From positions 38 through 64,037 of the forward strand of contig JAVCDE010000003.1 of assembly GCA_030765185.1 (NCBI GenBank): 64,000 nucleotides of DNA, in the 5' to 3' direction. Origin of the DNA: Candidatus Aceula meridiana. Lineage in GTDB: Bacteria; Omnitrophota; Gorgyraeia; Zapsychrales; Aceulaceae. This document shows positions 29,070 to 39,162 of this stretch, one piece after another. The notes beneath the pieces were generated by a model. The model searched no databases and was not told the origin of the DNA. It saw nothing but the letters and a program-made list of their open reading frames with translations. Both the position numbers and the translations under genes were made by a program. Position 1 is the stretch's first letter. Each line of letters starts with the position of its first letter.

Positions 29070-29329
29070 AACTAAACAACCTCGATCTTGAACAAGATCT
29101 TCGCGGCCTTATTGCCGAAATTTTAGAATCCGAACCAGATTCTATCGACGGCGATGCAGGCTTTGTTAAGGATCTTGGAATGGACTCAATGATGGCTTTA
29201 GAAATTTTAGCTGGCATTGAGAAAAAATACAAAATTGTTATTCCTGAAGATCTACTGCCAAAGTTTACATCTCTTAACGAGACTATCAGGATCGTTGAAG
29301 GAATTTTGGCAGGTAAAAAAAATATTTAA
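29063..29329 (+). CDS. Acyl-carrier-protein-like phosphopantetheine-binding protein
   Basis: DLGMDSMMALE matches the ACP DSL(M) phosphopantetheine attachment motif within a four-helix-sized 88-aa protein; strong AGGAGGAGG RBS; overlaps the HTH gene by 7 nt. Confidence 0.6.
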   Translation: MVKLNNLDLEQDLRGLIAEILESEPDSIDGDAGFVKDLGMDSMMALEILAGIEKKYKIVIPEDLLPKFTSLNETIRIVEGILAGKKNI

Positions 29330-29362
29330 ACTTAAAGATAATCTTAAGGAAAGGGATTTTGT

Positions 29363-32300
29363 ATGTACTTAAAACGAATTGAAATATTTGGATTTAAATC
29401 CTTCGCAGATAAAACTGTACTTAATTTTGAACCCGGAATTACGGCAGTCGTAGGCCCCAACGGTTGCGGCAAGAGTAATGTTTTCGATGCTATTCGCTGG
29501 GTTTTAGGCGAACAGAGTATGAAGGAGTTGCGTGGATCGACGAAGGAAGACGTCATTTTTAACGGAACGAGCAAACGACCAGCCCTTAATTTTGCTGAAG
29601 TGAGCTTAACTTTTTCTAATGAAAATAAAGTTTTTCCTATTGAGTATGACGAAGTCACTGTTTCTCGCAGGGTTTACCGCTCTGGCGAGAGTGAATACCT
29701 CCTTAATAAAACTCAAGTTCGTCTTAAAGATATTTTAGAGCTTTTTATGGGAACCGGTATCGGTGCTGAGGCTTATTCTTTGGTTCAGCAGGGCAGGGTT
29801 GACTTGATTGTTAGTGCCCGGCCGGATGACAGGCGCCTTATTTTTGATGAGGCCGCTGGCATCACGAAGTATAAAGCCAAAAAACGCGAAGCTCTTAATA
29901 AATTAAAGGATACTGATAATAATCTTCTGCGTAGCAACGACATCATTTTAGAAGTTAAAAAGCAAATTGCCTCTATTGAGCGTCAAGCCAAAAAAGCACA
30001 ACGCTATAAAGAGGAATATGAACGCTTAAAAATCATGGAGTTTATTTTTGCTGAAGATCAGATAGCCAATCTTGATAAGAACCGGACGGATCTTGAGAGC
30101 GCGCTTAGTGAATTTGGTCAGCAAGAGCAAGCCTTACATGACGACCTTACTAGGCTGAATCAAGTCTTAAGTGATGAAAATAAATTGATTGCCGAACTTG
30201 ATCAAAAAGAAAACGAACTTCATCAAGAAGACATCAAGCTTGAGAATCAAATTGAGATGGAAAATCGCCAGATCAATTTTAATGAAGAGCGCATCACAAC
30301 AATTGACAGCAACGAAGAGAGAATCAAAGAGCAAAAAAATAAACTGACAGAACAATGCCATAGCCAAGAGGGGAAAATTACTAATCTCCGTGAGGCGTTT
30401 GACTTATTGCGCCAAGAAGTTGTTAAGAATACAGAACAACTCGCTTCTCAGCGTTTATGTCTGCAAGAGCTTGAGAGTCAGATTCAATTAACGAAGAATG
30501 CTATCAGGCAAGAGGAAGAAGAAATTTTTCAGCTTAGCACTAGCCAGGTTAACTTTAAGAACGAAGTAACCGAGATTATGAAAGATTTTCAGGGAGCCTT
30601 AGCGCGTAAACGCCGCTTAGATTTAGAGAATGATAAGGTTATAAACGAAAAGCAGGAAATCGACATTAAGCTTGAGGTTGTTAATCAAGATATCAGCCGA
30701 TGTCTCGAGGAAATTAATCGTCTGAGAAGTGAAAAAAATACAAAAGACGGCTCTTTAAACGAAACCAAACATCAACTTGCTGATCTTGCGCAGACGATCA
30801 CAACATTAGAAAATACAATACTGGGCTTGAAATCAAAGCGTGAATTTATTGAAGAAATGCGCGTGCAGTATGAAAACACAACGGATCCAATTTCTTCCGG
30901 AAGGTTCATTACTCGCATGCCGCCGCCAGATGGTATTCAAGGAATGATTGGAAGAATTAAAGAGGTTACCAAGCTCGAGGGTGAAAGACGCCGAGCACTT
31001 GATGGGCGTTTTACGGACAACCCCAACGAAGAACTTTATGAGATTGTTTGTGAAACTAAGTTTATTGAGCTTGATCCAGAACAAATTACCGCTAAGATTG
31101 ATGCTCTTGCAGAACAGGTTACTTATAAGAATGAAGAGAAGAGAAATATTCTTATAAAAATTGCAGAACAGGAAAGTGACATCAACCGATTAGGAATTTT
31201 AGTTCACGATAAAGAAAAAGAAATGTCCGGGTTTGTTGCCGACAAAAATAATGTTTTGGAAGTCGTGAGCAAGCTTGCCGACGAGCTTACTTTAATCACT
31301 CAGGAGATTGTTGAGACAAAGGAAGTTTTAGCCGACTTAAAAGCTAATGAAGATGAACTTAATGAGCGCTTAGCGTCCGTTAACGAAAAGATTGAAAGTT
31401 TTAAAGGCACAATTAATCAGCAGCAATCTGATATTGTGGCCAAAACACAAAATCGCGAAGGCATCCTAATCGAGGTTACCCAGCTTGAGACAGAACTTGA
31501 ATCTTCAAAAGAACAAGAAGAAGGACAGCAAGAAAATTTAAGACTTTTTGAAGGAAGTCTTATTACGACTCGTCAAGAATTGGATCGCATTGAGAGGGAG
31601 TCGCAGGAGAGCCATGTTAAACGGCAAGAATATTTGAAATCCAACGAACAAATTCATCTTAAAATTGAGGATTTAAAAATTAAAAGAGATGAGCTTAAAA
31701 TATGCTTGAATAATTATGAGCAGCAAAAACAGGAAGTTTACACGCGCATTCAAGAGCTTCGCCCAAGAATTGGTGAGGTCGAAAAAGGGCTTGAGGCGGT
31801 TAAAGAGCAGTCTCATAATCAAGCACTCAAAAGACAAGAGCTTTCTTTCGGCGAACAGAGTGTTAAGGACAAGCTTTTACAAACTTATAAAATTGATTTT
31901 GATGAATTTGCCCGCCCTGAAGAAGAAGGTAGCATTGAATCGCTTGAGGTTTTTGATTTTTCAACACTTAACCCAGATCAAGACCAAGAATTAATTCAGC
32001 AGGAAAAAGAAAAGATCGCTTTTAAAGAATTAAAAGAGCGACTTGTTACCATCCGTCCTGAAATTCAGACTGAAGGGCTTGAAGATGAGGTCGAGAGATT
32101 AAAGAAGCGATGCGATTCTTATGGCTCGGTCAATTTAGTTGCTATTGATGAACATGAAGAATTAAAGCAGCGTTTCGAATTTTTAACAAAACAACAAACA
32201 GACCTTTTAGAAGCCAAACAAAGTTTGATGAATGCGATTACCAAAATTAATCGTACGACCCGTCAACTTTTTGTAGATACCTTTACAAAAGTTAGCGAGG

Positions 32301-32761
32301 AATTTCGTATTTACTTCCGTATGTTGTTTGGTGGAGGTGAAGCTGATTTAATTTTGGTTGATCCTGAAAATGTTTTAGAGTCCGGCATTGATATTGTGGC
32401 TAAGCCACCGGGGAAAAAGCTTCAAAATATTACGCTTTTATCAGGTGGAGAAAAAACCATGGCGGCTATTGCACTTATCTTTGCCGTTTTTAAAGTAAGG
32501 CCGTCTCCGTTCTGCGTTCTTGACGAAATTGATGCAGCGCTAGACGAGTCTAATGTCGGCCGCTATAGCTATCTTTTGCAAGAATTCTCAAAGATCGCGC
32601 AGTTTATTGTTATCACGCACAACAAAAAGACTATTTCTGCTGCTGATGTTATGTACGGCATCACTATGCAAGAGCGCGGTGTTTCGAAAATTGTGTCCGT
32701 TAAGTTATCTGAAGACCAAGAAGAGGTCGGAAGTCGGGAAAAGATTCCTGCCGCCGTCTAA
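29363..32761 (+). CDS. smc: Chromosome segregation protein SMC
   Basis: N-terminal Walker A GPNGCGKSN, long coiled coils, hinge, C-terminal LSGGEKT signature and DE Walker B. Confidence 0.95.
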   Translation: MYLKRIEIFGFKSFADKTVLNFEPGITAVVGPNGCGKSNVFDAIRWVLGEQSMKELRGSTKEDVIFNGTSKRPALNFAEVSLTFSNENKVFPIEYDEVTVSRRVYRSGESEYLLNKTQVRLKDILELFMGTGIGAEAYSLVQQGRVDLIVSARPDDRRLIFDEAAGITKYKAKKREALNKLKDTDNNLLRSNDIILEVKKQIASIERQAKKAQRYKEEYERLKIMEFIFAEDQIANLDKNRTDLESALSEFGQQEQALHDDLTRLNQVLSDENKLIAELDQKENELHQEDIKLENQIEMENRQINFNEERITTIDSNEERIKEQKNKLTEQCHSQEGKITNLREAFDLLRQEVVKNTEQLASQRLCLQELESQIQLTKNAIRQEEEEIFQLSTSQVNFKNEVTEIMKDFQGALARKRRLDLENDKVINEKQEIDIKLEVVNQDISRCLEEINRLRSEKNTKDGSLNETKHQLADLAQTITTLENTILGLKSKREFIEEMRVQYENTTDPISSGRFITRMPPPDGIQGMIGRIKEVTKLEGERRRALDGRFTDNPNEELYEIVCETKFIELDPEQITAKIDALAEQVTYKNEEKRNILIKIAEQESDINRLGILVHDKEKEMSGFVADKNNVLEVVSKLADELTLITQEIVETKEVLADLKANEDELNERLASVNEKIESFKGTINQQQSDIVAKTQNREGILIEVTQLETELESSKEQEEGQQENLRLFEGSLITTRQELDRIERESQESHVKRQEYLKSNEQIHLKIEDLKIKRDELKICLNNYEQQKQEVYTRIQELRPRIGEVEKGLEAVKEQSHNQALKRQELSFGEQSVKDKLLQTYKIDFDEFARPEEEGSIESLEVFDFSTLNPDQDQELIQQEKEKIAFKELKERLVTIRPEIQTEGLEDEVERLKKRCDSYGSVNLVAIDEHEELKQRFEFLTKQQTDLLEAKQSLMNAITKINRTTRQLFVDTFTKVSEEFRIYFRMLFGGGEADLILVDPENVLESGIDIVAKPPGKKLQNITLLSGGEKTMAAIALIFAVFKVRPSPFCVLDEIDAALDESNVGRYSYLLQEFSKIAQFIVITHNKKTISAADVMYGITMQERGVSKIVSVKLSEDQEEVGSREKIPAAV

Positions 32762-32771
32762 GGGAGGGACT

Positions 32772-33116
32772 ATGGATTCGAGTGAAAAAAGAAGATATCT
32801 AAGGTTTAGAATTTTTATGGATGTAGACGTAATAGGCTTTGAAGCAAAGAATTCTTTAAAAGGAACATTAGAAAATATTTCTAGGCAGGGCATTGGTATT
32901 ATTTTAAAAAAGGGTAAAAAGCCCAAGGGTACTGAAGTTGATTTGAACTTGCATCTTGATTCTCAAAAAAAACCTGTTTCAGCTAGAGGGAGAATTACCT
33001 GGATAGAGGAAGAAAGTAATAAAAACCGTCTAGGAGTTGAGATTAAAAGGATTGACAAAGAGGTTCAGGATGATATTCTTGATATAGCTTATCAAGACTG
33101 GAAAGCCCAAATTTAA
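32772..33116 (+). CDS. PilZ domain protein (c-di-GMP receptor)
   Basis: RRYLRFR (RxxxR) and ENISRQG (D/NxSxxG) PilZ motifs; GGGAGGG RBS before the ATG at 32772. Confidence 0.7.
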   Translation: MDSSEKRRYLRFRIFMDVDVIGFEAKNSLKGTLENISRQGIGIILKKGKKPKGTEVDLNLHLDSQKKPVSARGRITWIEEESNKNRLGVEIKRIDKEVQDDILDIAYQDWKAQI

Positions 33117-33138
33117 AATTTGTAGGATTTAAGAAATA

Positions 33139-34842
33139 ATGACAGAAAAAAGAGAAAAAATTGGTGATTACCTTTTAAAAAATGGAACTCTTTCGCAGGA
33201 GCAGCTTATCCTTGCCTTAGAACATCAAAAAGAAAATGAAAAATTCCTTGGTGAAATTCTTGTTGAAAAAGGATACGTTGCCGAAGAAGAAGTCGCTGCC
33301 GTCTTAGCTGAACAATTTAACCTCCCGTTTATTCTTTTAAGTGCTTGCCCCATTGACGATACCCTCAAGAAACTTTTTCCTGTTAACAAAATGAAACAGT
33401 GGAAGATTTTTCCCATTAAGCTTGAGGGAGACATCTTAACTGTTGCCGTAACCAATCCTTTAGATATTAAAATGATGCAGGAGCTCAAGTATTTAAGCGG
33501 CTATAAACTTGATTTAGCTGTTACAACCTCCAAAGAAATTTTCGATTGCATTCATAAGAATTTTGGGTCTAATGCTAACCTTGAAGAAGCCATTGCAGAT
33601 GTAAGTTTCCGAAGTCAGTCTCAGGCATTTAATTTAAAGGGAGATATGAAAACCCTTGAAGAGGCTGTTCAAGATGCTCCCATCGTCAAGTTGGTTAACT
33701 CTGTTGTTGATGAAGCGATTAAGCAAAATGCTTCGGATATTCATTTTGAGCCACAGAAAGCAGCGCTTCGCATCCGTTATCGTGTCGACGGAGTTTTATA
33801 TGAGTCTTTCAATGTCCCTAAGGAGCTTCAGCTTCCTGTGATTTCACGTATCAAGATTATCAGCGGTATGGATATTTCAGAAACGCGCCGTCCCCAGGAT
33901 GGACGCATGAGCTTTGAGATTAACCACAGGTCTTATGATATCCGTACATCGACTTTGCCAGATTCTTTTGGTGAAAAAATTGTTATGCGTATTTTAGATA
34001 AAGAAAATATTTTTCTTGAGATTAGAAATTTAGGCCTTAGCGACAAAGAATCTCAGTTTGTAAAGAATCTTATCCAGATTCCTTATGGAATTATTTTGAT
34101 TACAGGCCCAACCGGAAGCGGAAAAACGACTACGCTTTATTCAATGCTTAACCAGCTTAATGACGAAACGCGTAATATCGTAACAGTGGAAAATCCGACT
34201 GAGTATCAGCTAGAAGGGATTAATCAAACAGAAGTTAACGAGAAAGCAGGGTATACGTTTGCGACAGGCATGCGCCATATTTTGCGACAGGACCCTGATG
34301 TCATTATGATTGGAGAAATCCGCGACTTGGAAACGGCGGAGATTGCCGTGCAGGCTGCGCTAACAGGGCATTTAGTTCTCTCGACGCTGCATACGAATAA
34401 TGCCGCCGGTAGTGTCGTGAGGCTTTTAGATATGAACGTAGAACCTTTTTTAATTGGCTCTTCCGTGGTTGGAGTTGTCGCTCAAAGGTTAGTACGCAAG
34501 CTATGTCCACACTGCTCAAAGGAAGAGGATATCTCTGTCGAAGTTGAAAAGAGTATTTTAAAATATGTTCCGGATTTCAAAAGTCGTAAATTTGCAAAAC
34601 CCGTAGGATGCAAGAAGTGCCGGAATATTGGCTATCAAGGGCGGACAGGAATTTTTGAAATGATGAACGTCACCCCTGAGATTAAAGAGATGATTATTAA
34701 AAGAGCAACGGAGGCTGAGATTGAAAAGAAAGCTATTGAGCAGGGAATGAGCACGTTGCAGATGAGTGCTATTGAAAAAGCTTCACAAGGCGCAACTTCT
34801 CTTGAAGAAGCCATGCGCGTAACCTTTGTTAGGATGGTGTAA
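33139..34842 (+). CDS. pilB: Type IV pilus assembly ATPase PilB/GspE family with N-terminal MshEN-type (T2SSE_N) domain
   Basis: N-terminal KIGDYLLKNGTLSQEQLILALEHQ (MshEN-like); Walker A GPTGSGKTTT; Asp and His boxes; tetracysteine CPHC...CKKC. Confidence 0.9.
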   Translation: MTEKREKIGDYLLKNGTLSQEQLILALEHQKENEKFLGEILVEKGYVAEEEVAAVLAEQFNLPFILLSACPIDDTLKKLFPVNKMKQWKIFPIKLEGDILTVAVTNPLDIKMMQELKYLSGYKLDLAVTTSKEIFDCIHKNFGSNANLEEAIADVSFRSQSQAFNLKGDMKTLEEAVQDAPIVKLVNSVVDEAIKQNASDIHFEPQKAALRIRYRVDGVLYESFNVPKELQLPVISRIKIISGMDISETRRPQDGRMSFEINHRSYDIRTSTLPDSFGEKIVMRILDKENIFLEIRNLGLSDKESQFVKNLIQIPYGIILITGPTGSGKTTTLYSMLNQLNDETRNIVTVENPTEYQLEGINQTEVNEKAGYTFATGMRHILRQDPDVIMIGEIRDLETAEIAVQAALTGHLVLSTLHTNNAAGSVVRLLDMNVEPFLIGSSVVGVVAQRLVRKLCPHCSKEEDISVEVEKSILKYVPDFKSRKFAKPVGCKKCRNIGYQGRTGIFEMMNVTPEIKEMIIKRATEAEIEKKAIEQGMSTLQMSAIEKASQGATSLEEAMRVTFVRMV

Positions 34843-34843
34843 G

Positions 34844-36043
34844 ATGCCAAAATTTTTATACAAAGTCAAAGATATAGACGGCAAACTGCTTGTCGGTGCG
34901 CTAGAGGCAGAAAATGAAAGATCTGTCAGACATATTATTACTGAGAAGGGTTATTTTGTTATCAACGTTCAGAAAATGAAGAAAACAAAATTAGCTGGAT
35001 TTGGAAAGCCGGTGAGCATCGATAGCCTCATTCGTTTTACGCATAAACTCAGCGCGATGTTTAAAGCCGGGGTTCCTATTTTGACAGCTTTAAGAATGTT
35101 GTGGGAGCAAGGCGAAAACAAGTATCTTCAGATTATTACCAGTGAGATTATTACAGATATTAGTCAGGGTGAATTATTTTCGGATTCGTTGAGAAAGTTT
35201 CCTGAGGTCTTTTCTGAGATTTATATTAGTCTTGTTCAGGTTAGTGAAAGCAGCGGGGATTTTCCGCAGGCCTTAGAGCAAATCATTGCACACTTAAACC
35301 GTCAGAAAGAGATCAGGCGAAAAGTGCAGAACGCTCTTATGTATCCTATTATTGTTGTTGTTATGATTATTGCTGTTATCATCGCAATGCTAGTGATTGT
35401 TATCCCAGTCTTTAAAAAGATATTCTCGGACATCAACGTTGATCTCCCGTTCATCACAAGAATGTTTATTTTCTTGTCTGATAATTTTATTCGTTATTGG
35501 TGGGTGGGGTTTGTTATTACAGGAGTATTGGTTTTTGTTTATCGAAAATATAAAAAGACCCCGCGCGGGGCATATAAAATCGATGAATGCAAACTGCGTA
35601 TTCCAACTATAGGTCAATTAATTTATTACGTTGCACTTTCGAAATTTATTCACTCGTTTTATGCTTTATCCGTTAGCGGTGTTGAAATCTCAAAGACTTT
35701 AGCCAGTTCTGCGCGTAGTTGTGCCAACAGGGTATTAGAAGGGAAAATTAGTTCTGCCACAGAATCTATTGTTAAGGGAAAGAGCATTAGTCGGGCACTT
35801 CAGGAGGCAGGGTGTCTGCCTGCTTTTTTTGTGCAAATGCTTTCGATTGGGGAGACAAGCGGATCGATACTCAATATGATGAAAATTTTAATGACATTTT
35901 TAGATGATGAAATTGATTTTCAGATTAATAAAATTTTTACGATTTTAGGGCCGGCTACGATTATTATTGTCGGGTTTATTGTCTTGTTTGTTTTACTAGC
36001 TATTTATTTCCCGATATTTACATTGTGGGGTAATATTGGATAA
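34844..36043 (+). CDS. pilC: Type IV pilus inner-membrane platform protein PilC/GspF family
   Basis: Two T2SF repeats and three TM helices; ATG at 34844 after the pilB stop. Confidence 0.85.
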   Translation: MPKFLYKVKDIDGKLLVGALEAENERSVRHIITEKGYFVINVQKMKKTKLAGFGKPVSIDSLIRFTHKLSAMFKAGVPILTALRMLWEQGENKYLQIITSEIITDISQGELFSDSLRKFPEVFSEIYISLVQVSESSGDFPQALEQIIAHLNRQKEIRRKVQNALMYPIIVVVMIIAVIIAMLVIVIPVFKKIFSDINVDLPFITRMFIFLSDNFIRYWWVGFVITGVLVFVYRKYKKTPRGAYKIDECKLRIPTIGQLIYYVALSKFIHSFYALSVSGVEISKTLASSARSCANRVLEGKISSATESIVKGKSISRALQEAGCLPAFFVQMLSIGETSGSILNMMKILMTFLDDEIDFQINKIFTILGPATIIIVGFIVLFVLLAIYFPIFTLWGNIG

Positions 36044-36076
36044 GATGTAATTTTTTTGAAAATTTTTATGATTTTC

Positions 36077-36107
36077 TTGAGCAAACAAGGCAAAAAAATG
36101 CTATACT
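36077..36107 (+). promoter_or_regulatory. Candidate promoter for the pilin operon (TTGAGC ... TGcTATACT extended -10)
   Basis: Read in sequence; GGAGG RBS follows before the pilin ATG. Confidence 0.45.
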
Positions 36108-36159
36108 AAAATGTTAAACTAAATTAAAAATTATTAACCATTTAAATGAAGGAGGAAAT

Positions 36160-36525
36160 ATGATGAAAAGGAAAGGTTTTACATTGGTAGAAATACTCTT
36201 TGTTGTAGTCATCGTTGGCATCTTAGTCGCTATTTTGGTGCCAAATGCTTTAAAAGCCGTTGCTGCTGCTAATACAAAAGCATGCGCTGGCAACATTCGT
36301 TCGATTGATGCTGCATTTGTGGCTTGCTATGCGGATACGCGCGATTGGGCTAGCTGCGATGACATAGCTGCCTTGGTAACCGGAGGCTACTTAGAAGATA
36401 CCCCTGTTTGTCCAATTGGTGTAGATTATGCAGCAGACTCAACAAATGGGAGGCGATGTGCCAGGACAGGCCACTTTAGCGCCGGCAACTTCCCGCATAC
36501 GCACGATGCAGTAGTAGTAGAGTAA
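36160..36525 (+). CDS. pilA: Type IV major pilin (PilA-like), class III signal peptide
   Basis: MMKRKG|FTLVEILFVVVIVGILVAILVP prepilin cleavage/N-methylation motif with Glu5; 121 aa, Cys-rich C-terminal head. Confidence 0.85.
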   Translation: MMKRKGFTLVEILFVVVIVGILVAILVPNALKAVAAANTKACAGNIRSIDAAFVACYADTRDWASCDDIAALVTGGYLEDTPVCPIGVDYAADSTNGRRCARTGHFSAGNFPHTHDAVVVE

Positions 36526-36554
36526 CATTATTGTAATTCTTTTTAAGGATAACT

Positions 36555-38051
36555 ATGACAATTCTTGAATTAGGATATAAAAAGATACGTTGTCTTGTTT
36601 ATCAAAAACAAGGAAAAGGTATTGCTATTCAAAAAGCTGAGAGTTTTAATTTTGATAGCGATATCTTTCCAATTCAGGATATAGGGAAAGCGGCGAAGCC
36701 GATAAAAGATTTCTGTAAAGAAAAAAGAATATCTACTTCGCCGCTTTCTTTGATTATTTCTCACCCGGGCGTTATTTTTAGGGACCTCACCTTGCCGCCT
36801 ATGTCGCACAAAGAAATCGAAGCCGTTATTATTAACGACATCGAAAGAGGCCCTCGTTTTTCTTCCAAAAAATACCTTTATACATATTCCGCACACTATA
36901 TGACGGGTGGCCGTAAAATTCGCGTAGTTTATTTTGTGCTTGAAAAAGAAATTCTTAATAAAGCTATACGGCTTGTGAAGGCAGCAGGATTTTCTTTAAA
37001 ATCCGTAAGCCTTTGTCCGGCTACACTTTTAGGTTTGCCAGCTGTAAATCCTTTAGATGGCAAAGATTTGATGCTTGTTTATCCTCAAGAAAAAACAACA
37101 TATGCCGTTATTACTAACGGAAAAGTTTGTCAGGGCATTTATACTATCGACATAGGACTTAAAGATATTTATGACAAAGAAGGCAATCAGATTAAAGAGA
37201 AACAGTTTGGCCTCTTCGGCGAAGAAATTCGTCGTACTTTAAAATCGTATGAAACTGCACAACATGCTATTATTTCCGAAGTTATTTTATTTTCTGACAA
37301 CCAACTAACCGGTGATTTAAGCGAGAAGATAGCTTCTTCCTTGGGTCGCACGGTTAAGGCTCCGCAGCTTCCGGCTCAGGCAAAGATTTCAAGCAAAGTA
37401 ATTGATGCACCACTCGATGGAACCTATTTTAGCTGTCTAGGAAAAGCCTTAGAGCCCTTAAGGGGAAACCCTTGCTTTAATTTTTTAAAAATTTGGGATT
37501 ACCGCAAAACTTCAGAATATAAAAATAAAGTTTTATTGTTTGTGGGGATTTATTTAGCGGTGGTAGGGATACTTTTCTTTAAGCCTGTTTCTCAGGTTTA
37601 TAACAAAGTAAGCGATGAGAACAGGCAAGGAATTGCTCTTATGGCGAAGACTGAAGGGCTAGAGGCTCGAACAAATATTTTAGAACAGCAACGAAAGCAA
37701 TATCTAGCGACAAAAAATAATTTACTTCGGCAGGCGACAGTGGTTCATAAACTGAAAAAGATATCTTGGTCAGAAGCATTTTTTAAAATTGGTGAAGTTT
37801 TACCCGAGGATATCTGGCTGACAAGTTTTGTCTTGGGAAAATCAGGAAGTTTTTACCTTAAGGGAAAAGGCATGACCTTAGATTCTGTTGCTGCTTTTAT
37901 TCGCGCGTTAAAAAAAGTTGATTTATTCGGTGAGGCAAAATTAAAATCGACGCGGGAAGCCAAAATCGAAGAAGAAATAGTACGTGAATTCGACATAGAA
38001 TCTTTTGTCATTGTTTCGCCAGACGAAACAGTGGACAAGAAAGAAAAATAA
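36555..38051 (+). CDS. PilM-PilN fusion protein (actin-like PilM domain, TM helix, PilN-like periplasmic domain)
   Basis: About 320-aa PilM/FtsA-like N-terminal region, a TM segment (VLLFVGIYLAVVGILFF), then a roughly 170-aa coiled-coil/periplasmic region; locus context. Confidence 0.65.
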   Translation: MTILELGYKKIRCLVYQKQGKGIAIQKAESFNFDSDIFPIQDIGKAAKPIKDFCKEKRISTSPLSLIISHPGVIFRDLTLPPMSHKEIEAVIINDIERGPRFSSKKYLYTYSAHYMTGGRKIRVVYFVLEKEILNKAIRLVKAAGFSLKSVSLCPATLLGLPAVNPLDGKDLMLVYPQEKTTYAVITNGKVCQGIYTIDIGLKDIYDKEGNQIKEKQFGLFGEEIRRTLKSYETAQHAIISEVILFSDNQLTGDLSEKIASSLGRTVKAPQLPAQAKISSKVIDAPLDGTYFSCLGKALEPLRGNPCFNFLKIWDYRKTSEYKNKVLLFVGIYLAVVGILFFKPVSQVYNKVSDENRQGIALMAKTEGLEARTNILEQQRKQYLATKNNLLRQATVVHKLKKISWSEAFFKIGEVLPEDIWLTSFVLGKSGSFYLKGKGMTLDSVAAFIRALKKVDLFGEAKLKSTREAKIEEEIVREFDIESFVIVSPDETVDKKEK

Positions 38052-38683
38052 TGAAACAAAAAACTTCTCTTAGCGTGACAAAGATGATTGCTGTTGGGAT
38101 TTGTCTCTTGATTACGGCAGTCGCGATTTTTTCTTTGAAATATTTTAAGGCAAAAAGGCTAAGCCTTCAGGCTGAAAATAAATTTTATCAGCAAAGAAGT
38201 GAGACAGCCGAAGAGAGAATAACCCAGCTTGATGTTCTTCTTGGAGAGTATTACGAAGATATTGAAAATTTTGAGAAATTTTTATTTAAGGAAAAGGATA
38301 TTCCTCTTTTTCTAGAGGACATGTCAGACTCTTCGGAAGAATTTGAAATTGCGGTTAAAAATATTCAAGCCCTTGAAATTAAGGAAGTCGAAGTCGAAAA
38401 GGCGCCTCGCACCGCAGAAAAAATTGCTCAAAATCAAAGTAGGAACTCTAATAAAAAAGAACTTGATACGAATATTCTTGTGATGGTTTCAACACCTTTT
38501 AAAATTAATATTGAAGGAAAATTTCGTGATGTATTGCAGTTTATTCTTTCAGTTGAAGAAAGCCGACAATTGTTAACGGTTAGTGAGGTAAAGATTAGCT
38601 CTCGGAAATATCCTGTTATTCTAGGGGAATTTCGACTAGATCTTTATAGTTTAAGCGGGTTAGAGGAGAAGAAAGCAGAATGA
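38051..38683 (+). CDS. PilO-like type IV pilus assembly protein
   Basis: N-terminal TM helix, coiled coil, C-terminal ferredoxin-like region; position after pilMN. Confidence 0.55.
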   Translation: MKQKTSLSVTKMIAVGICLLITAVAIFSLKYFKAKRLSLQAENKFYQQRSETAEERITQLDVLLGEYYEDIENFEKFLFKEKDIPLFLEDMSDSSEEFEIAVKNIQALEIKEVEVEKAPRTAEKIAQNQSRNSNKKELDTNILVMVSTPFKINIEGKFRDVLQFILSVEESRQLLTVSEVKISSRKYPVILGEFRLDLYSLSGLEEKKAE

Positions 38684-39162
38684 AAAAAAACTTCGCCATC
38701 ATTTTAGCCTTTATTACAATTAGTTTAGTTTCGACTAGCTGTGATATGAATCCTTTTTCTGCGAAGCAAGAATCTCTTAGGCTTGAAGATGAATCTTTTT
38801 ATATTCAGGATATTGAATTGGCCAAGGCCCTGGTATGGCCGAAACCAAGAGAGATTTCGTTTGAACGTGATGTTTTTCGTCCGCTTGTTGGAGAAGGTGC
38901 TGGATCAGCATCGATAACAGGCAGAACTGGTGAAGAAGGAAACACGCAAGTGGCAGACCTTGATCGATTTGTACTGACTGCAACATTTTTATCAGATAAT
39001 TCTATTGCCTATATTAAGCCGAAGGATGAAGGTAAGGCGTTTTTTGTTCATGTCGGAGAAAAAATAGGCAGTGCTGTTGTTAAAGAAATCAAGCGCAACG
39101 AAGTAATCGTTGAGCTTGAAGGCCAAGAAATATTTTTAAAAATTTTAGGGGGTCAAAAATGA
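38680..39162 (+). CDS. PilP-like lipoprotein
   Basis: Lipoprotein signal (LVSTSC), C-terminal beta-rich domain; ATGA coupling with both neighbours. Confidence 0.5.
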   Translation: MKKNFAIILAFITISLVSTSCDMNPFSAKQESLRLEDESFYIQDIELAKALVWPKPREISFERDVFRPLVGEGAGSASITGRTGEEGNTQVADLDRFVLTATFLSDNSIAYIKPKDEGKAFFVHVGEKIGSAVVKEIKRNEVIVELEGQEIFLKILGGQK

